Assembly (NCBI GenBank): GCA_963833575.1
Contig: CAWHXY010000004.1
Location: 1,056,001-1,120,000, forward strand
Direction of reading: 5' to 3'
DNA: 64,000 nucleotides
Source: Candidatus Bathyarchaeota archaeon
Lineage (GTDB): Archaea; Thermoproteota; Bathyarchaeia; Bathyarchaeales; Bathycorpusculaceae
Shown here: one piece after another, positions 47,589 to 57,451 of the stretch
How positions within the stretch are numbered: the first letter of the stretch is position 1
Layout: every line of letters starts with the position of its first letter
The notes under the pieces: generated by a model
Seen by the model: only the letters and a program-made list of their open reading frames with translations
What the model was told of the DNA's origin: nothing
Databases searched by the model: none
Made by a program: the position numbers and the translations under genes

Positions 47589-48971
47589 CTATTTTATTGT
47601 TGGGTAGCCAAGGTTTGTCCAAGCTGTCATGCCGCCGAGAACGTTGTTGACGTTTTTGTAGCCTGCTTTTTCCAGTATGCTTGCGGCGGTGCTGGCGCGG
47701 TTACCTACTGAACACGTTACTGCGATCGGCTTGTCTTTTGGCAGAGAACCCGTTTTATCTAATAAGTCAGCGAAATGAATGCATTTTGCGCCGTCTATTA
47801 TCCCGTCTTCTTTCCACTCGTTTGGTTCACGAACGTCCAAAACAATAACTTCCTCTTTTTCGAGCTTATTTTTAAGATCAAAGGCCGATATGGTGCCAGT
47901 GTTGGTTATGGGGTTGCCTGCTTCTTGCCACTCGTTCATGCCTCCACATAGGTAACCGCACATATTATCAAACCCTAACCTGCGTAGCCTTGGAACAACA
48001 CTGCTAATGTCGCTGGGTCGTTCTAGAATAAAAACGATGTATTGTTTGGTGTCAAGAAGCCACCCGGGGTAAACGCTGGTTCCGCCAAGCCACATGCTTA
48101 GCGAATTAGGAATATGTGACCCCGCGAAAGCATAAGGCATCCGTGTGTCCATTATCATGACGATGGGTTCTTGAATTTTTTCTTCAAAAGCCGCAAGAGA
48201 AAATGGCTTCGGATACGATAACTCGCTAAGCAAAGGCGGTCCGTTTAGGTTATGCTTTTCCATCTGACGGAAATATCGCGGCACAACCAACTCTTCATTA
48301 CTCATCTTCTCAACAAAACTTTCCCTGCTTAACTGCAGATAGGGATTAGTTTTTTTCTCGTACCCGATGGTGGTTGGCTCTTGTCCGTTTATGCTGTGAC
48401 CGCAAACGCTTCCAGCACCATGAGCCGGATAAATAAGAATATGATCGCCAAGAGGTAAAAGCTTCTCAAAGAGGCTGTTATAGAGTTTTTCAGCTTGAGT
48501 TGATTGAACTGTTTTGCCATAAAGATCTGTTCTTCCCACCGAACCAGCGAAAAGAGTGTCGCCGCTAAAAGCCATCAATGGATCATCGCTCACCGAAGAG
48601 TTGGCAACGTAACATAACGATTCATTTGTGTGCCCCGGAGTATTGAGGACTTTTATTTTGATGCTGCCAACTTTTAAGGTGTCGCCTTCGGCTAAGTTGT
48701 GTTCTCCATACTTGAACGGTAAAGCGTTGCTGTGACCTATTTCTGCTTCGGTCAGGTTTTGGAGTTCAAGCGAGCCGACAACATAGTCTTCATTTCGGTG
48801 AGTTTCAAGAATATATTTGATTTTTATGCAATCTTTTTCGGCAAGTTGAGTGTAAATTTCACAATCGCGGCGTGGATCAATAACTACCGCTTCATTCTCG
48901 TCTGATAAGTAGTAACTATTGTGGGCTAAACCTTCCGACTTTATTATTTCTAGTTTCATCTTATTCGCCAA
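47589..48971 (-). CDS. MBL-fold hydrolase with two rhodanese domains (CstB/Blh-like)
   Basis: ETHRNED, PGHT, GDTLF, PAHGAGSVCG, DVRE, CSVGNRA. Confidence 0.9.
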   Translation of the reverse strand: MANKMKLEIIKSEGLAHNSYYLSDENEAVVIDPRRDCEIYTQLAEKDCIKIKYILETHRNEDYVVGSLELQNLTEAEIGHSNALPFKYGEHNLAEGDTLKVGSIKIKVLNTPGHTNESLCYVANSSVSDDPLMAFSGDTLFAGSVGRTDLYGKTVQSTQAEKLYNSLFEKLLPLGDHILIYPAHGAGSVCGHSINGQEPTTIGYEKKTNPYLQLSRESFVEKMSNEELVVPRYFRQMEKHNLNGPPLLSELSYPKPFSLAAFEEKIQEPIVMIMDTRMPYAFAGSHIPNSLSMWLGGTSVYPGWLLDTKQYIVFILERPSDISSVVPRLRRLGFDNMCGYLCGGMNEWQEAGNPITNTGTISAFDLKNKLEKEEVIVLDVREPNEWKEDGIIDGAKCIHFADLLDKTGSLPKDKPIAVTCSVGNRASTAASILEKAGYKNVNNVLGGMTAWTNLGYPTIK

Positions 48972-49114
48972 AACAAAGTTGTTGTCAACCAGTCTTTTTG
49001 TCGGGAGACAAAAATTAGCTGACCCTACAAATATTACAGAATAGATTATAATTTATTTCTTTCCAACGTTAAATCTTATAGCCTTCTAACGAAATATTTG
49101 TGTAGGGGAAGAAC

Positions 49115-49624
49115 ATGGGTCACACTGCAACTTGGAAAGTTCTCGAGGACTTGATGATAGAGGTTAGGAAAAAAGGAGCAATCGTACCTCCTAACGTTCT
49201 TAACGATTTAAGAAGCGCCAAGCTCATGATTAAAATTTCAGAAACAGAAGGTAGCAGAGGCGATGCTGAACAAAAAGTAGAAGAATACCTTGGAAGCGTT
49301 GAGTCATCCCTTATTAATGAAGCTCAAAAAACACTAAGCTCTGAAACAGCTGATCAATGGCTCAGGCGTATAGAAGAAGCCGCTGCAGAAACAAGTGAGG
49401 AAAAAATAGAGGAAAACGCGTTTATCACAGGAGTTCCCAGAGACCAAAAATGGGTAAGAATTGAACCCCACGGTAATTTCACTTCGGAACGGATAAAACA
49501 GATGGTCAAAGAAAACAATCTCTCAGTTAACGCACAAAAAGACGGGCGCCTAGTAGTCTATGGACAACCAGAAGATATCAAAGGGGTCATCAAAAAAATG
49601 ACGACAGAAACAAACAAGAAATAG
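49115..49624 (+). CDS. DUF2096-like archaeal protein
   Basis: WKVLEDL...LRSAK...GVPRDQKWVRI pattern. Confidence 0.6.
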   Translation: MGHTATWKVLEDLMIEVRKKGAIVPPNVLNDLRSAKLMIKISETEGSRGDAEQKVEEYLGSVESSLINEAQKTLSSETADQWLRRIEEAAAETSEEKIEENAFITGVPRDQKWVRIEPHGNFTSERIKQMVKENNLSVNAQKDGRLVVYGQPEDIKGVIKKMTTETNKK

Positions 49625-49770
49625 TGGCAAATTAGGTCTTCACCGGCAAAATGCTCAACTCAATTCTAATTATGGATATTTTTGGAAAATCGTTCTTCAA
49701 AAACTCTAAATTATTAGAAAAAGAATTATACTATGGCGTTTATAAAATAATCATAAAATAGTGGTAATTT

Positions 49771-50016
49771 ATGAAATTTGCAGAAATTGCTGTCTTGCTA
49801 AGAGAAATTGTTGATAGGTGTCCCGGTTTAGATGGGAGTACTATTTCGTTGATTCCACAGAAGGCCATGTATCCATTGTACAAGGGATACCACATTCACA
49901 TAAAGGCAAACTTTACTAAAGAAAGTATGAGTGGTCTGAGGAAAATAGTAGAAGGTCATGACCTAGTCATGCAGATAAAGAGCGATTCAGTTGTGGTTTA
50001 CGAGACCAGGTCATAA
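49771..50016 (+). CDS. Small hypothetical protein
   Basis: 81-aa ORF with ATG, gtggt RBS and upstream TATA-like sequence. Confidence 0.55.
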   Translation: MKFAEIAVLLREIVDRCPGLDGSTISLIPQKAMYPLYKGYHIHIKANFTKESMSGLRKIVEGHDLVMQIKSDSVVVYETRS

Positions 50017-50078
50017 TCGCTTTGTTATTTAGTAATTTTGTTTCGATATGTTTTTTATGATAAGTCGCTAATGCAGTA

Positions 50079-51332
50079 TTGGGAACCATTTTGGTAAAAT
50101 TGCAAGGATTCCAAAAACTTACATTAACAGATCAAGCCCTACAACGCTGGCTTAATGTGCTGCAAATCGGTAAACCTCAAGTAGAAATGGTGTCTTTGCA
50201 GGATGCCTTAGGTCGTGTTTTAGCTGAGGACTTAATTGCACAAGATTCTTTGCCACGATTTGATAAGTCAGCTATGGATGGGTACGCATTAAAATCCGCT
50301 GAAACAATTGGGGCTTCACAATCAAAACCAGCAATTTTCCAATTAACTGACAACCAAGAAATAACAAGCAAGCAAGCTAAGCAAGTTTGGACTGGAAATC
50401 CTATCCCTAAAGGTGCAAACGCTGTAGTGATGCTTGAAAACACTCAAAAAATTGATGGAAAATTGGAAGTTTGGAGCCAACTAGCGCCTTCGGCGAACAT
50501 TTCTAAAATAGGCGAAGACATCAAAAAAGATGAGGTCATGGCCAAAACTGGCACTCGTTTAACTCCTTACCACATTGGACTATCTGCTGCATTAGGATAT
50601 ACTGAACTAAAGGTGGCGAAGAAACCAAAGATTGGCATTTTAGCCACAGGAAACGAACTTGCAGAAGTGGGCACTCAGCTTTCAGGTGGCTTAATTTATG
50701 ATTCAAACAAAGTAATGATTTCAGCTGTTTGCCGGGAACTTGGGGCAGAAACAACTGATTTTGGCATAAGCAAAGACGACATCGACGAAATCGCTATTGT
50801 AATCAAAAAAGCCTTAGAAACACAAGATGCTGTCATTACAACAGGTGGTACAAGTGTTGGAGGATTAGACTTGGTGCCTGATGCGGTAAATAAGATTGGA
50901 AAACCCGGCGTAATTGTTCATGGTGTTGCACTTAGACCTGCGATGCCGACAGCTGTTGCTGCTCTGGAAGGTAAACCTGTTCTGATTTTGTCAGGCAATC
51001 CTGTAGCAGCGCTAATTGGTTTTGAAGTTTTTGGTAGACCAATGGTTTGCTCGATGCTTGGCATGACCAAAACAGAGCCAAGACCCATGTTGAAGGCTAC
51101 TTTAGCCCGAAGAGTTGCTAGTGTTCTTGGAAGAAAAACTTACGTCAGGGTTTGTGTAGTCTTTAAGGATGGCGAATTTATGGCTGAGCCGGTTAGTGCC
51201 AAAGGTTCAGGATCAATATCTACTATGACTCAAAGCAATGGGTTTGTTATTGTTCCGGAAAATCGTGAAGGCGTCAGCGAAGGCGAAACAGTTGTAGTTC
51301 ACCTGTTTGGTATTTTGGAGGTTCAGAATTAA
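50079..51332 (+). CDS. moeA: Molybdopterin molybdenumtransferase MoeA
   Basis: GRVLAED, SAMDGYA, TGNE, TGGTSVG, GNP. Confidence 0.92.
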   Translation: MGTILVKLQGFQKLTLTDQALQRWLNVLQIGKPQVEMVSLQDALGRVLAEDLIAQDSLPRFDKSAMDGYALKSAETIGASQSKPAIFQLTDNQEITSKQAKQVWTGNPIPKGANAVVMLENTQKIDGKLEVWSQLAPSANISKIGEDIKKDEVMAKTGTRLTPYHIGLSAALGYTELKVAKKPKIGILATGNELAEVGTQLSGGLIYDSNKVMISAVCRELGAETTDFGISKDDIDEIAIVIKKALETQDAVITTGGTSVGGLDLVPDAVNKIGKPGVIVHGVALRPAMPTAVAALEGKPVLILSGNPVAALIGFEVFGRPMVCSMLGMTKTEPRPMLKATLARRVASVLGRKTYVRVCVVFKDGEFMAEPVSAKGSGSISTMTQSNGFVIVPENREGVSEGETVVVHLFGILEVQN

Positions 51333-52579
51333 TGTTTAGGAAACTTATGACATTTGATGAGGCGCAACGAGAGATTAGAGACCAGTTTAAACCCTTTTTT
51401 TTAGGGGAAGAAGAAGCTGTATTACTTGAAGCTTACAATCGGGTTTTAAACGAAGAAATAGTTTCAACGCTTGATATTCCACCGTTTAATCGTTCAACTG
51501 TTGATGGCTATGCAGTGAAGGCTGAAGATACTTTTGAAGCAGACGAAAACCAACCAGCAATTTTGAGGGTTTCTGGCACCGTGAACATCGGTGAGCAACC
51601 AAAGGTCGTTTTAGCCAAGGGTGAAGCGGTTGAAATTGTTACTGGCGCACCAATTCCTGAAGGAGCAAATGCCGTTGTAATGGTTGAAGATACTGAGAGA
51701 GAAAGCGACGAACTACATGTTTTCAGCACAGTGACCGTTAATGAGAATGTAATGAAGAAAGGATCAGACATAAAAGAAGGCACAATGGTGCTGAAAAAAG
51801 GACAAGTTTTGGGTTCTTCAGAGATCGGTGTTTTGGCTGCTTTGGGTTTAACTAAAGTTAAAGTTTTAAAAATGCCCATAATTGCTGTTTTGTCAACAGG
51901 CGGAGAGATCATAGAGCCGGGCAAGTTCTTGCCCGCAGGAAAAATCTATGATATCAACGCATATAGCTTAAGCACCGCGGTAATTGAAAGCGGAGCGAAA
52001 CCAGTTTACTTCGGTGTTGTTCCAGATGATAAAGCAGCCTTATCTAAAGCTTTACTGAATGCTGTCGCTTCATCAGACATGGTGATTACTTCAGGGGGTG
52101 TCTCAGTTGGTCCACGAGACTACACACCTCAAATCGTTGATTCACTGGGCAAGCCCGGAATAGTTGTTTATGGTATAGCAGTTAAGCCTGGTAAACCCAC
52201 AACTGTTGGGTTTTTAGGAGATAAACCTGTTTTTTCTTTGCCTGGTCATCCCACTTCTGCTTTGTTAATTTTTTACTTGCTTGCCAGACCTTTAATTTTG
52301 CAGTTAGCTGGCCGACCAGTAACACCAATGAAAATGGTTAGAGCTTTTGCTGGCTCACGGATGTTTAGTGCGAAAGGGAGACGAACATTTGTTATGGTTA
52401 AGTTAGAATTCGACAAAGATCTCAGGTTGCTTGCTGAACCCGTAGAGTCTGGTGCGTCTGGAGCGATCACAACTTTAGCGAAGGCTGACGGATTTGTCGA
52501 AATTCCTGAAAATCAGCAGTTTGTTGATGCAGATGAAGAAGTTGCTGTTATGCTTTTCCGCAATTCTGCAAGGGCCTAA
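51332..52579 (+). CDS. moeA: Molybdopterin molybdenumtransferase MoeA (second paralog)
   Basis: STVDGYA, TGAPIP, SGGVSVG, KPGKP, LPGHP. Confidence 0.92.
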   Translation: MFRKLMTFDEAQREIRDQFKPFFLGEEEAVLLEAYNRVLNEEIVSTLDIPPFNRSTVDGYAVKAEDTFEADENQPAILRVSGTVNIGEQPKVVLAKGEAVEIVTGAPIPEGANAVVMVEDTERESDELHVFSTVTVNENVMKKGSDIKEGTMVLKKGQVLGSSEIGVLAALGLTKVKVLKMPIIAVLSTGGEIIEPGKFLPAGKIYDINAYSLSTAVIESGAKPVYFGVVPDDKAALSKALLNAVASSDMVITSGGVSVGPRDYTPQIVDSLGKPGIVVYGIAVKPGKPTTVGFLGDKPVFSLPGHPTSALLIFYLLARPLILQLAGRPVTPMKMVRAFAGSRMFSAKGRRTFVMVKLEFDKDLRLLAEPVESGASGAITTLAKADGFVEIPENQQFVDADEEVAVMLFRNSARA

Positions 52580-52584
52580 GGAGT

Positions 52585-52926
52585 TTATTTCTTAAGCAAG
52601 ATTGAAACTGAAAATACTACTATCAAGGCTGTGTAAGCAATCATGGATATGCCCACTAAGGCATTGCTAAATCCTACCGCGTACAGAGTGTACAATGAAA
52701 AGGCTAATCCGGCAACAAGTAAAATGAACAGTAGCCAAGGTGCCCAGCCTCTATTAGTGAAAAGACCATAAGCCACGATTAAACTTAGAATACCAAGTAA
52801 CCCCAATTGTGGTGCAAAAGAAGTTAAAGGCAAAAATACCAAAAGGATTATTCCTGAAACTGCATAGAAAGCTAGAGATGCTAATTCGATTCGATTGAAA
52901 CTTTTTAGTTTAGTCGCTATGGTCAA
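52585..52926 (-). CDS. Small four-TM membrane protein
   Basis: 113-aa hydrophobic ORF. Confidence 0.6.
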   Translation of the reverse strand: MTIATKLKSFNRIELASLAFYAVSGIILLVFLPLTSFAPQLGLLGILSLIVAYGLFTNRGWAPWLLFILLVAGLAFSLYTLYAVGFSNALVGISMIAYTALIVVFSVSILLKK

Positions 52927-53162
52927 TTGAATTCGCCTTTTACCTTAAGCAGTATGGGTATAACTAATAAATTTTTGGAATGCTGCTACAGCAAGTTAAA
53001 ACTATTTATGTGAGATTATAAACCTGACAATTCTTGGCTAACTCGATTGATTATTTACGAATTTACTTTGTTTCAAACGGGTTTTTCTTTTTGTTGAAGT
53101 CATCGAAAAGGTTTAGAGTAGGATTTGGCGAATACCACAGATGAGAGGATTGAAATTAAGAT

Positions 53163-54062
53163 ATGAGTTATCTTGACCTTTTCACTTCGCAAACAAACGT
53201 TTTCAGCGGCATGCAAAAGACTTTTGAAGAAGCGAAATACGTTATTTTCGGGGTGCCATTTGATGCAACAAGCTCTTATCGCTCAGGGGCAAGGTTTGGA
53301 CCCAACGCGATCAGGCAAGCATCCCTAAACATTGAAACCTACAGTTTCCGCAGCGGAATTAACATTGAAGATTTAGCCATCTATGATGCTGGAGACTTAC
53401 ATGTTTCATCTGACGTGACAAAAACGGTTGATATGACCCGTCTCGTGGTTGAAGATATTTTAAACGCTGGAAAAATCCCAGTTGCTATTGGCGGAGAACA
53501 CACAATTACACTTGGAATTGCAAAAGCTCTTAGCGCCAAAGCAGCCAAAACGGCAGTGATAAGTTTTGATGCGCATTTAGATTTACGCTGTGAATTTTTA
53601 GGTTCAAACCTGTCGCACACTACGTTTATGCAGTTGATAAACGAGGAAGTGACGCCAGCGAAAATAATTGAAATTGGCACCCGTTCAGTTTGCAGAGAAG
53701 AACTAGCTTACGCCAAGAAGACGGGGATAGAATTTTTCACTTCACAACAAATCATTAAGAAGGGTTCAGAGCAGGTTGCTGAACAGTTGAAAGAGAAACT
53801 TGCGTGTTACGATAACTTGTATTTGACTGTGGACATGGATGTGCTTGATCCAGCGTTTGCTCCTGCAGTGCAGAACCCTGAGCCTGAAGGCATCACCACA
53901 ACCCAGCTACTGGATCTTGTTTTGGCTCAATGTAGCAAACGCGTTATAGGCTTTGACGTAGTAGAAGTGGCACCGATTTATGATCAGGGCGTCTCTGCAG
54001 TTGTTGCAGCTAAAGTCATATTTGAAATGCTTTGTCAACTGGAAAAATCTGGAAAAAAATAA
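53163..54062 (+). CDS. speB: Agmatinase
   Basis: GGEH, FDAHLD, DMDVLDPAFAP, PEPEG. Confidence 0.9.
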   Translation: MSYLDLFTSQTNVFSGMQKTFEEAKYVIFGVPFDATSSYRSGARFGPNAIRQASLNIETYSFRSGINIEDLAIYDAGDLHVSSDVTKTVDMTRLVVEDILNAGKIPVAIGGEHTITLGIAKALSAKAAKTAVISFDAHLDLRCEFLGSNLSHTTFMQLINEEVTPAKIIEIGTRSVCREELAYAKKTGIEFFTSQQIIKKGSEQVAEQLKEKLACYDNLYLTVDMDVLDPAFAPAVQNPEPEGITTTQLLDLVLAQCSKRVIGFDVVEVAPIYDQGVSAVVAAKVIFEMLCQLEKSGKK

Positions 54063-54256
54063 TGATTCGCAACTGTTAACGTCAATGATAGTTGACGCAG
54101 CATTGTTCTAATCCGTTAATTTTTTCAAAATTCTTTTTGCCCCTGTTTATATTGTAACTTCAAGGTGTTTTAGCCCATTTTGGAAAGCCATAAATAAACG
54201 TTGAATGTGTATAAATTGAGATTAACCAAGAAAAGTAACTTTAGATATAGAAACCT

Positions 54257-56572
54257 TTGGAGAGATGGCTTAAAGTGGGGGAAGGAATTAAAGACAAACT
54301 TAGTGACCGTATGGAACCGTTACGTATTACGGTTAGCCACGGTTCAATAATTGCAATCGCTGCATTGGCGCTAATATTGTTTGTAGCTTTTGTTATTCGT
54401 ATTTTACCTTTACGCTGGGAAAATCTCTCTGGAGGCACAGCACTCCTTAACGAATTTGACCCCTATTATCAATTTGGAATTACCCAGCATATGGTTAATT
54501 TCGGTTTGCTTTCACCTTATTTGGGCACGGGTTGGGTTAACACTCAACTTTGGTATCCATGGGGATATAACATGGCTACCTCGTTGCCATCAACTCCCAT
54601 TACAGGAGCGGTGCTGTATGACATTGTCAAGGTGTTTGGTGCAAACATTGATTTAATGACGTTTTGCTCGTTGATACCGCCATTTATTGGTGTGCTTTCA
54701 TGTTTAGTAGTTTATTTCTTAGGCAAGGATATGGGTGGTAAAGCAGTTGGTTTACTAGCTGCGCTATTTTTTGCTCTAGAACCATCAATTGTACAAAGAA
54801 CTTCTCTCGGGTTCTTTGATACCCAAGTTGTAGGTACACTCGGTCTAGTACTGTTTATCTTTCTATTCCTAAGATCAATTGACAACAATAGATCGATACG
54901 TGCTTCAGTATTGTACTCCTTAAGCGCTGCCGCAGCTTTAGCATATTTCATAGGCGGTTGGGGAGGAGCATACTACATACTTGGTTTAACCGTCTTGTTC
55001 GTCTTTGTCGTAATCTTACTAAAGAGATACAGTCAAAGACTTTTGCTGAGTTACAGCATAACTTTCGGGTTAGGATTATTTATTGCAACGAAGATTCCAT
55101 ATATTTCCCTTAGCTACTTAACTACATATGCGGTTCTTCCAATTGCCGCAGGATTCCTTTTGCTTCTTGTCGCAGAGACTTTACGTCAGAACCTGTCTGC
55201 TAAAACAAAACTCACACTTGCAGTTTCAGCAATAGTCGTAATTGCCGGCTCTTTTGTTGTTCTGGCGCTAACTGGATATCTAGGAAGAATTGCAGGAAAA
55301 TTCGATACCGTTATCGATCCATTCATAAGAGCCTCAGCACCCATCATCAATTCAGTCGCAGAACAGCAAATTTCCGCCTGGGGAAATATCTACATCGAAC
55401 TAGGCATTGGAATATTGTTCTTCCTCGTCGGTTTATACCTGATAATAAGAAACCCGACTACAAAAAACGTTTTCTTAATAGTATTTAGCATTACAGCGCT
55501 TTACTTTGCAGCTTCAATGGTGCGTTTGCTTGCGATTTTTGCGCCTGCGTTCGCAATAGTAGCAGCAATAGGCATTTTGGGCATAATTAAACCGTTTTAC
55601 ACTTTACTACAGGAGAGTCCACGTACAATCGCTAAAACAAAGCGTAAACTAGCACGAGTAAGCAAAGAATACAGTGGTGTTGCAATTTTCTTGATATTTA
55701 TGATATTGGTAACAAACTTTGCTTTCTCGCCACAAACAGGTGGAGTGCCAAGAGCCATTAACCAAGCTTTCATCCCAACTGCGATTAGTGCTTCAAGCCT
55801 TCCGATAGGTGGTGCAAGTCTAAGTCAACCTGTAAGTGCATGGCTTAATTCGGTAGATTGGCTAAAATCTAATGTTCCCTCAAATAATGTGGTGGTTTCA
55901 TGGTGGGACTATGGGTTCTGGCTATCTTACCTTGGAAACGTTACAACATTAAATGATAATACCACAGAAAACACGACACAGATTGAAAACGTAGGCTTCA
56001 TCTATATGGCTCCCGAAAACGACTCAATGAAAATGCTAGCTACTTACAATGACTACAACAATCCTGCTCGCGTTAACTACATTATGGTCTTCACAGTCTT
56101 ACAGATCAGCCAATCAAGCAGCGGTGGCTCATCATACGTTGCTAGCCCTGCAGGATACGGCGATGAAGGTAAATGGGTATGGATGGCAAGAATTTCAGGT
56201 GGCGCCAAAGACAGGCTAATAAATGATGGCTTCATGAACGCGTCCGCAGCATGGACAGACGAAAAAGCTTTCGGATCAACTTCCACGACGACCGGACAAT
56301 GGCAATGGAACCTCCAAGGCGAAAACAGCACAGTCTACGAACTCATGAACTATGCAGAAGTAACATATTGCAACAACATAAACAGCTTAAACGTGGGCTA
56401 TACAATCACGCCAAGCGCAACAACTTCACCTCCAACCTACTTCCAAGAAGCATACTTCGGTGGTTTAGACACATCACCAGGCCAATACGGCGGATTAGTA
56501 CCATTAGTAGCTATCTACAAGATCGACTGGAATGCATACTATAACGCAACCGGCACAACAGGGCCAACCTAA
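54257..56572 (+). CDS. aglB: Oligosaccharyltransferase AglB (STT3)
   Basis: EFDPYY, SVAE, WWDYG motif, ~13 TM helices plus soluble C-terminal domain. Confidence 0.93.
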   Translation: MERWLKVGEGIKDKLSDRMEPLRITVSHGSIIAIAALALILFVAFVIRILPLRWENLSGGTALLNEFDPYYQFGITQHMVNFGLLSPYLGTGWVNTQLWYPWGYNMATSLPSTPITGAVLYDIVKVFGANIDLMTFCSLIPPFIGVLSCLVVYFLGKDMGGKAVGLLAALFFALEPSIVQRTSLGFFDTQVVGTLGLVLFIFLFLRSIDNNRSIRASVLYSLSAAAALAYFIGGWGGAYYILGLTVLFVFVVILLKRYSQRLLLSYSITFGLGLFIATKIPYISLSYLTTYAVLPIAAGFLLLLVAETLRQNLSAKTKLTLAVSAIVVIAGSFVVLALTGYLGRIAGKFDTVIDPFIRASAPIINSVAEQQISAWGNIYIELGIGILFFLVGLYLIIRNPTTKNVFLIVFSITALYFAASMVRLLAIFAPAFAIVAAIGILGIIKPFYTLLQESPRTIAKTKRKLARVSKEYSGVAIFLIFMILVTNFAFSPQTGGVPRAINQAFIPTAISASSLPIGGASLSQPVSAWLNSVDWLKSNVPSNNVVVSWWDYGFWLSYLGNVTTLNDNTTENTTQIENVGFIYMAPENDSMKMLATYNDYNNPARVNYIMVFTVLQISQSSSGGSSYVASPAGYGDEGKWVWMARISGGAKDRLINDGFMNASAAWTDEKAFGSTSTTTGQWQWNLQGENSTVYELMNYAEVTYCNNINSLNVGYTITPSATTSPPTYFQEAYFGGLDTSPGQYGGLVPLVAIYKIDWNAYYNATGTTGPT

Positions 56573-56597
56573 ATAGCGCAAAAACAAGGGAGCAAAA

Positions 56598-57446
56598 TTG
56601 TTTCCAAAGGTTCCTGATCAACATAAAGTTGGTCAACCTTTAATTTCCAACGGTTTAGGCGTGCTCTACGTCCTATTCACAACCGTCTATCTTTTCATTC
56701 TGTATTTTTTAAAAATACCAAATGCTTCTGCCCCGTTCACGCTTGCCGGATGTATTCTCTTTGGCGGTTTCATGGGATTACTTGATGACTGGGTAGACTT
56801 GAAATGGCGATACAAAGCATTTATGCCTTTAATTGCCGCGTTGCCGTTGATAGCCTTCGCGCAAGAAGCGCAAGCAAGAACATCTATAGCATTACCTTTC
56901 ATTGGAACCATCCAGTTCGGTTCGTTATACTTCTATGTAATTATCCCTCTAATTGTTATGATAATTACAAACACAGTGAATATGCTTGGCGGCTTAAACG
57001 GTTTAGAAACAATATGCCCAGCTGTAGTCATATTGGGCTTAATGACAATATCGCCACTCTATGTTCTAATGGTTGCACCCCTATTATTTTGGCTAGTTCT
57101 AGGCTACCTTAATTTTAACGGAAAGATTTTTGTGGGCAACTCAGGATCTTTTGCCATAGGCATAACTATAGCGTCATTCGCCGTTATTTCCGACTTAAAA
57201 CTAAGTCTCCTCGTCATGATTTTGCCATATATCTTCAATTCATCCCTAATACTATTGACAATTTTCTTCACACACAAAAGAGCAGCTCTAAGATTTGACG
57301 GAAAAAAGCTAGTCTCTGAACACAAAAAAAGCTTGGTCACTTTAATTACTTATCATCGACCTTTAACTGAGCGTCAAGTAGTCATTATAATAGCCGCAAT
57401 AGTTGCACTTTTTACTTTGCTTGGTGTTATTATCGAATTTTTATAA
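56598..57446 (+). CDS. MraY/GPT-family UDP-GlcNAc:dolichyl-phosphate GlcNAc-1-P transferase (AglH-like)
   Basis: DQHK, GLLDD, NTVNMLGGLNGLE, IFVGNSG; directly after aglB. Confidence 0.8.
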   Translation: MFPKVPDQHKVGQPLISNGLGVLYVLFTTVYLFILYFLKIPNASAPFTLAGCILFGGFMGLLDDWVDLKWRYKAFMPLIAALPLIAFAQEAQARTSIALPFIGTIQFGSLYFYVIIPLIVMIITNTVNMLGGLNGLETICPAVVILGLMTISPLYVLMVAPLLFWLVLGYLNFNGKIFVGNSGSFAIGITIASFAVISDLKLSLLVMILPYIFNSSLILLTIFFTHKRAALRFDGKKLVSEHKKSLVTLITYHRPLTERQVVIIIAAIVALFTLLGVIIEFL

Positions 57447-57451
57447 GTTAA

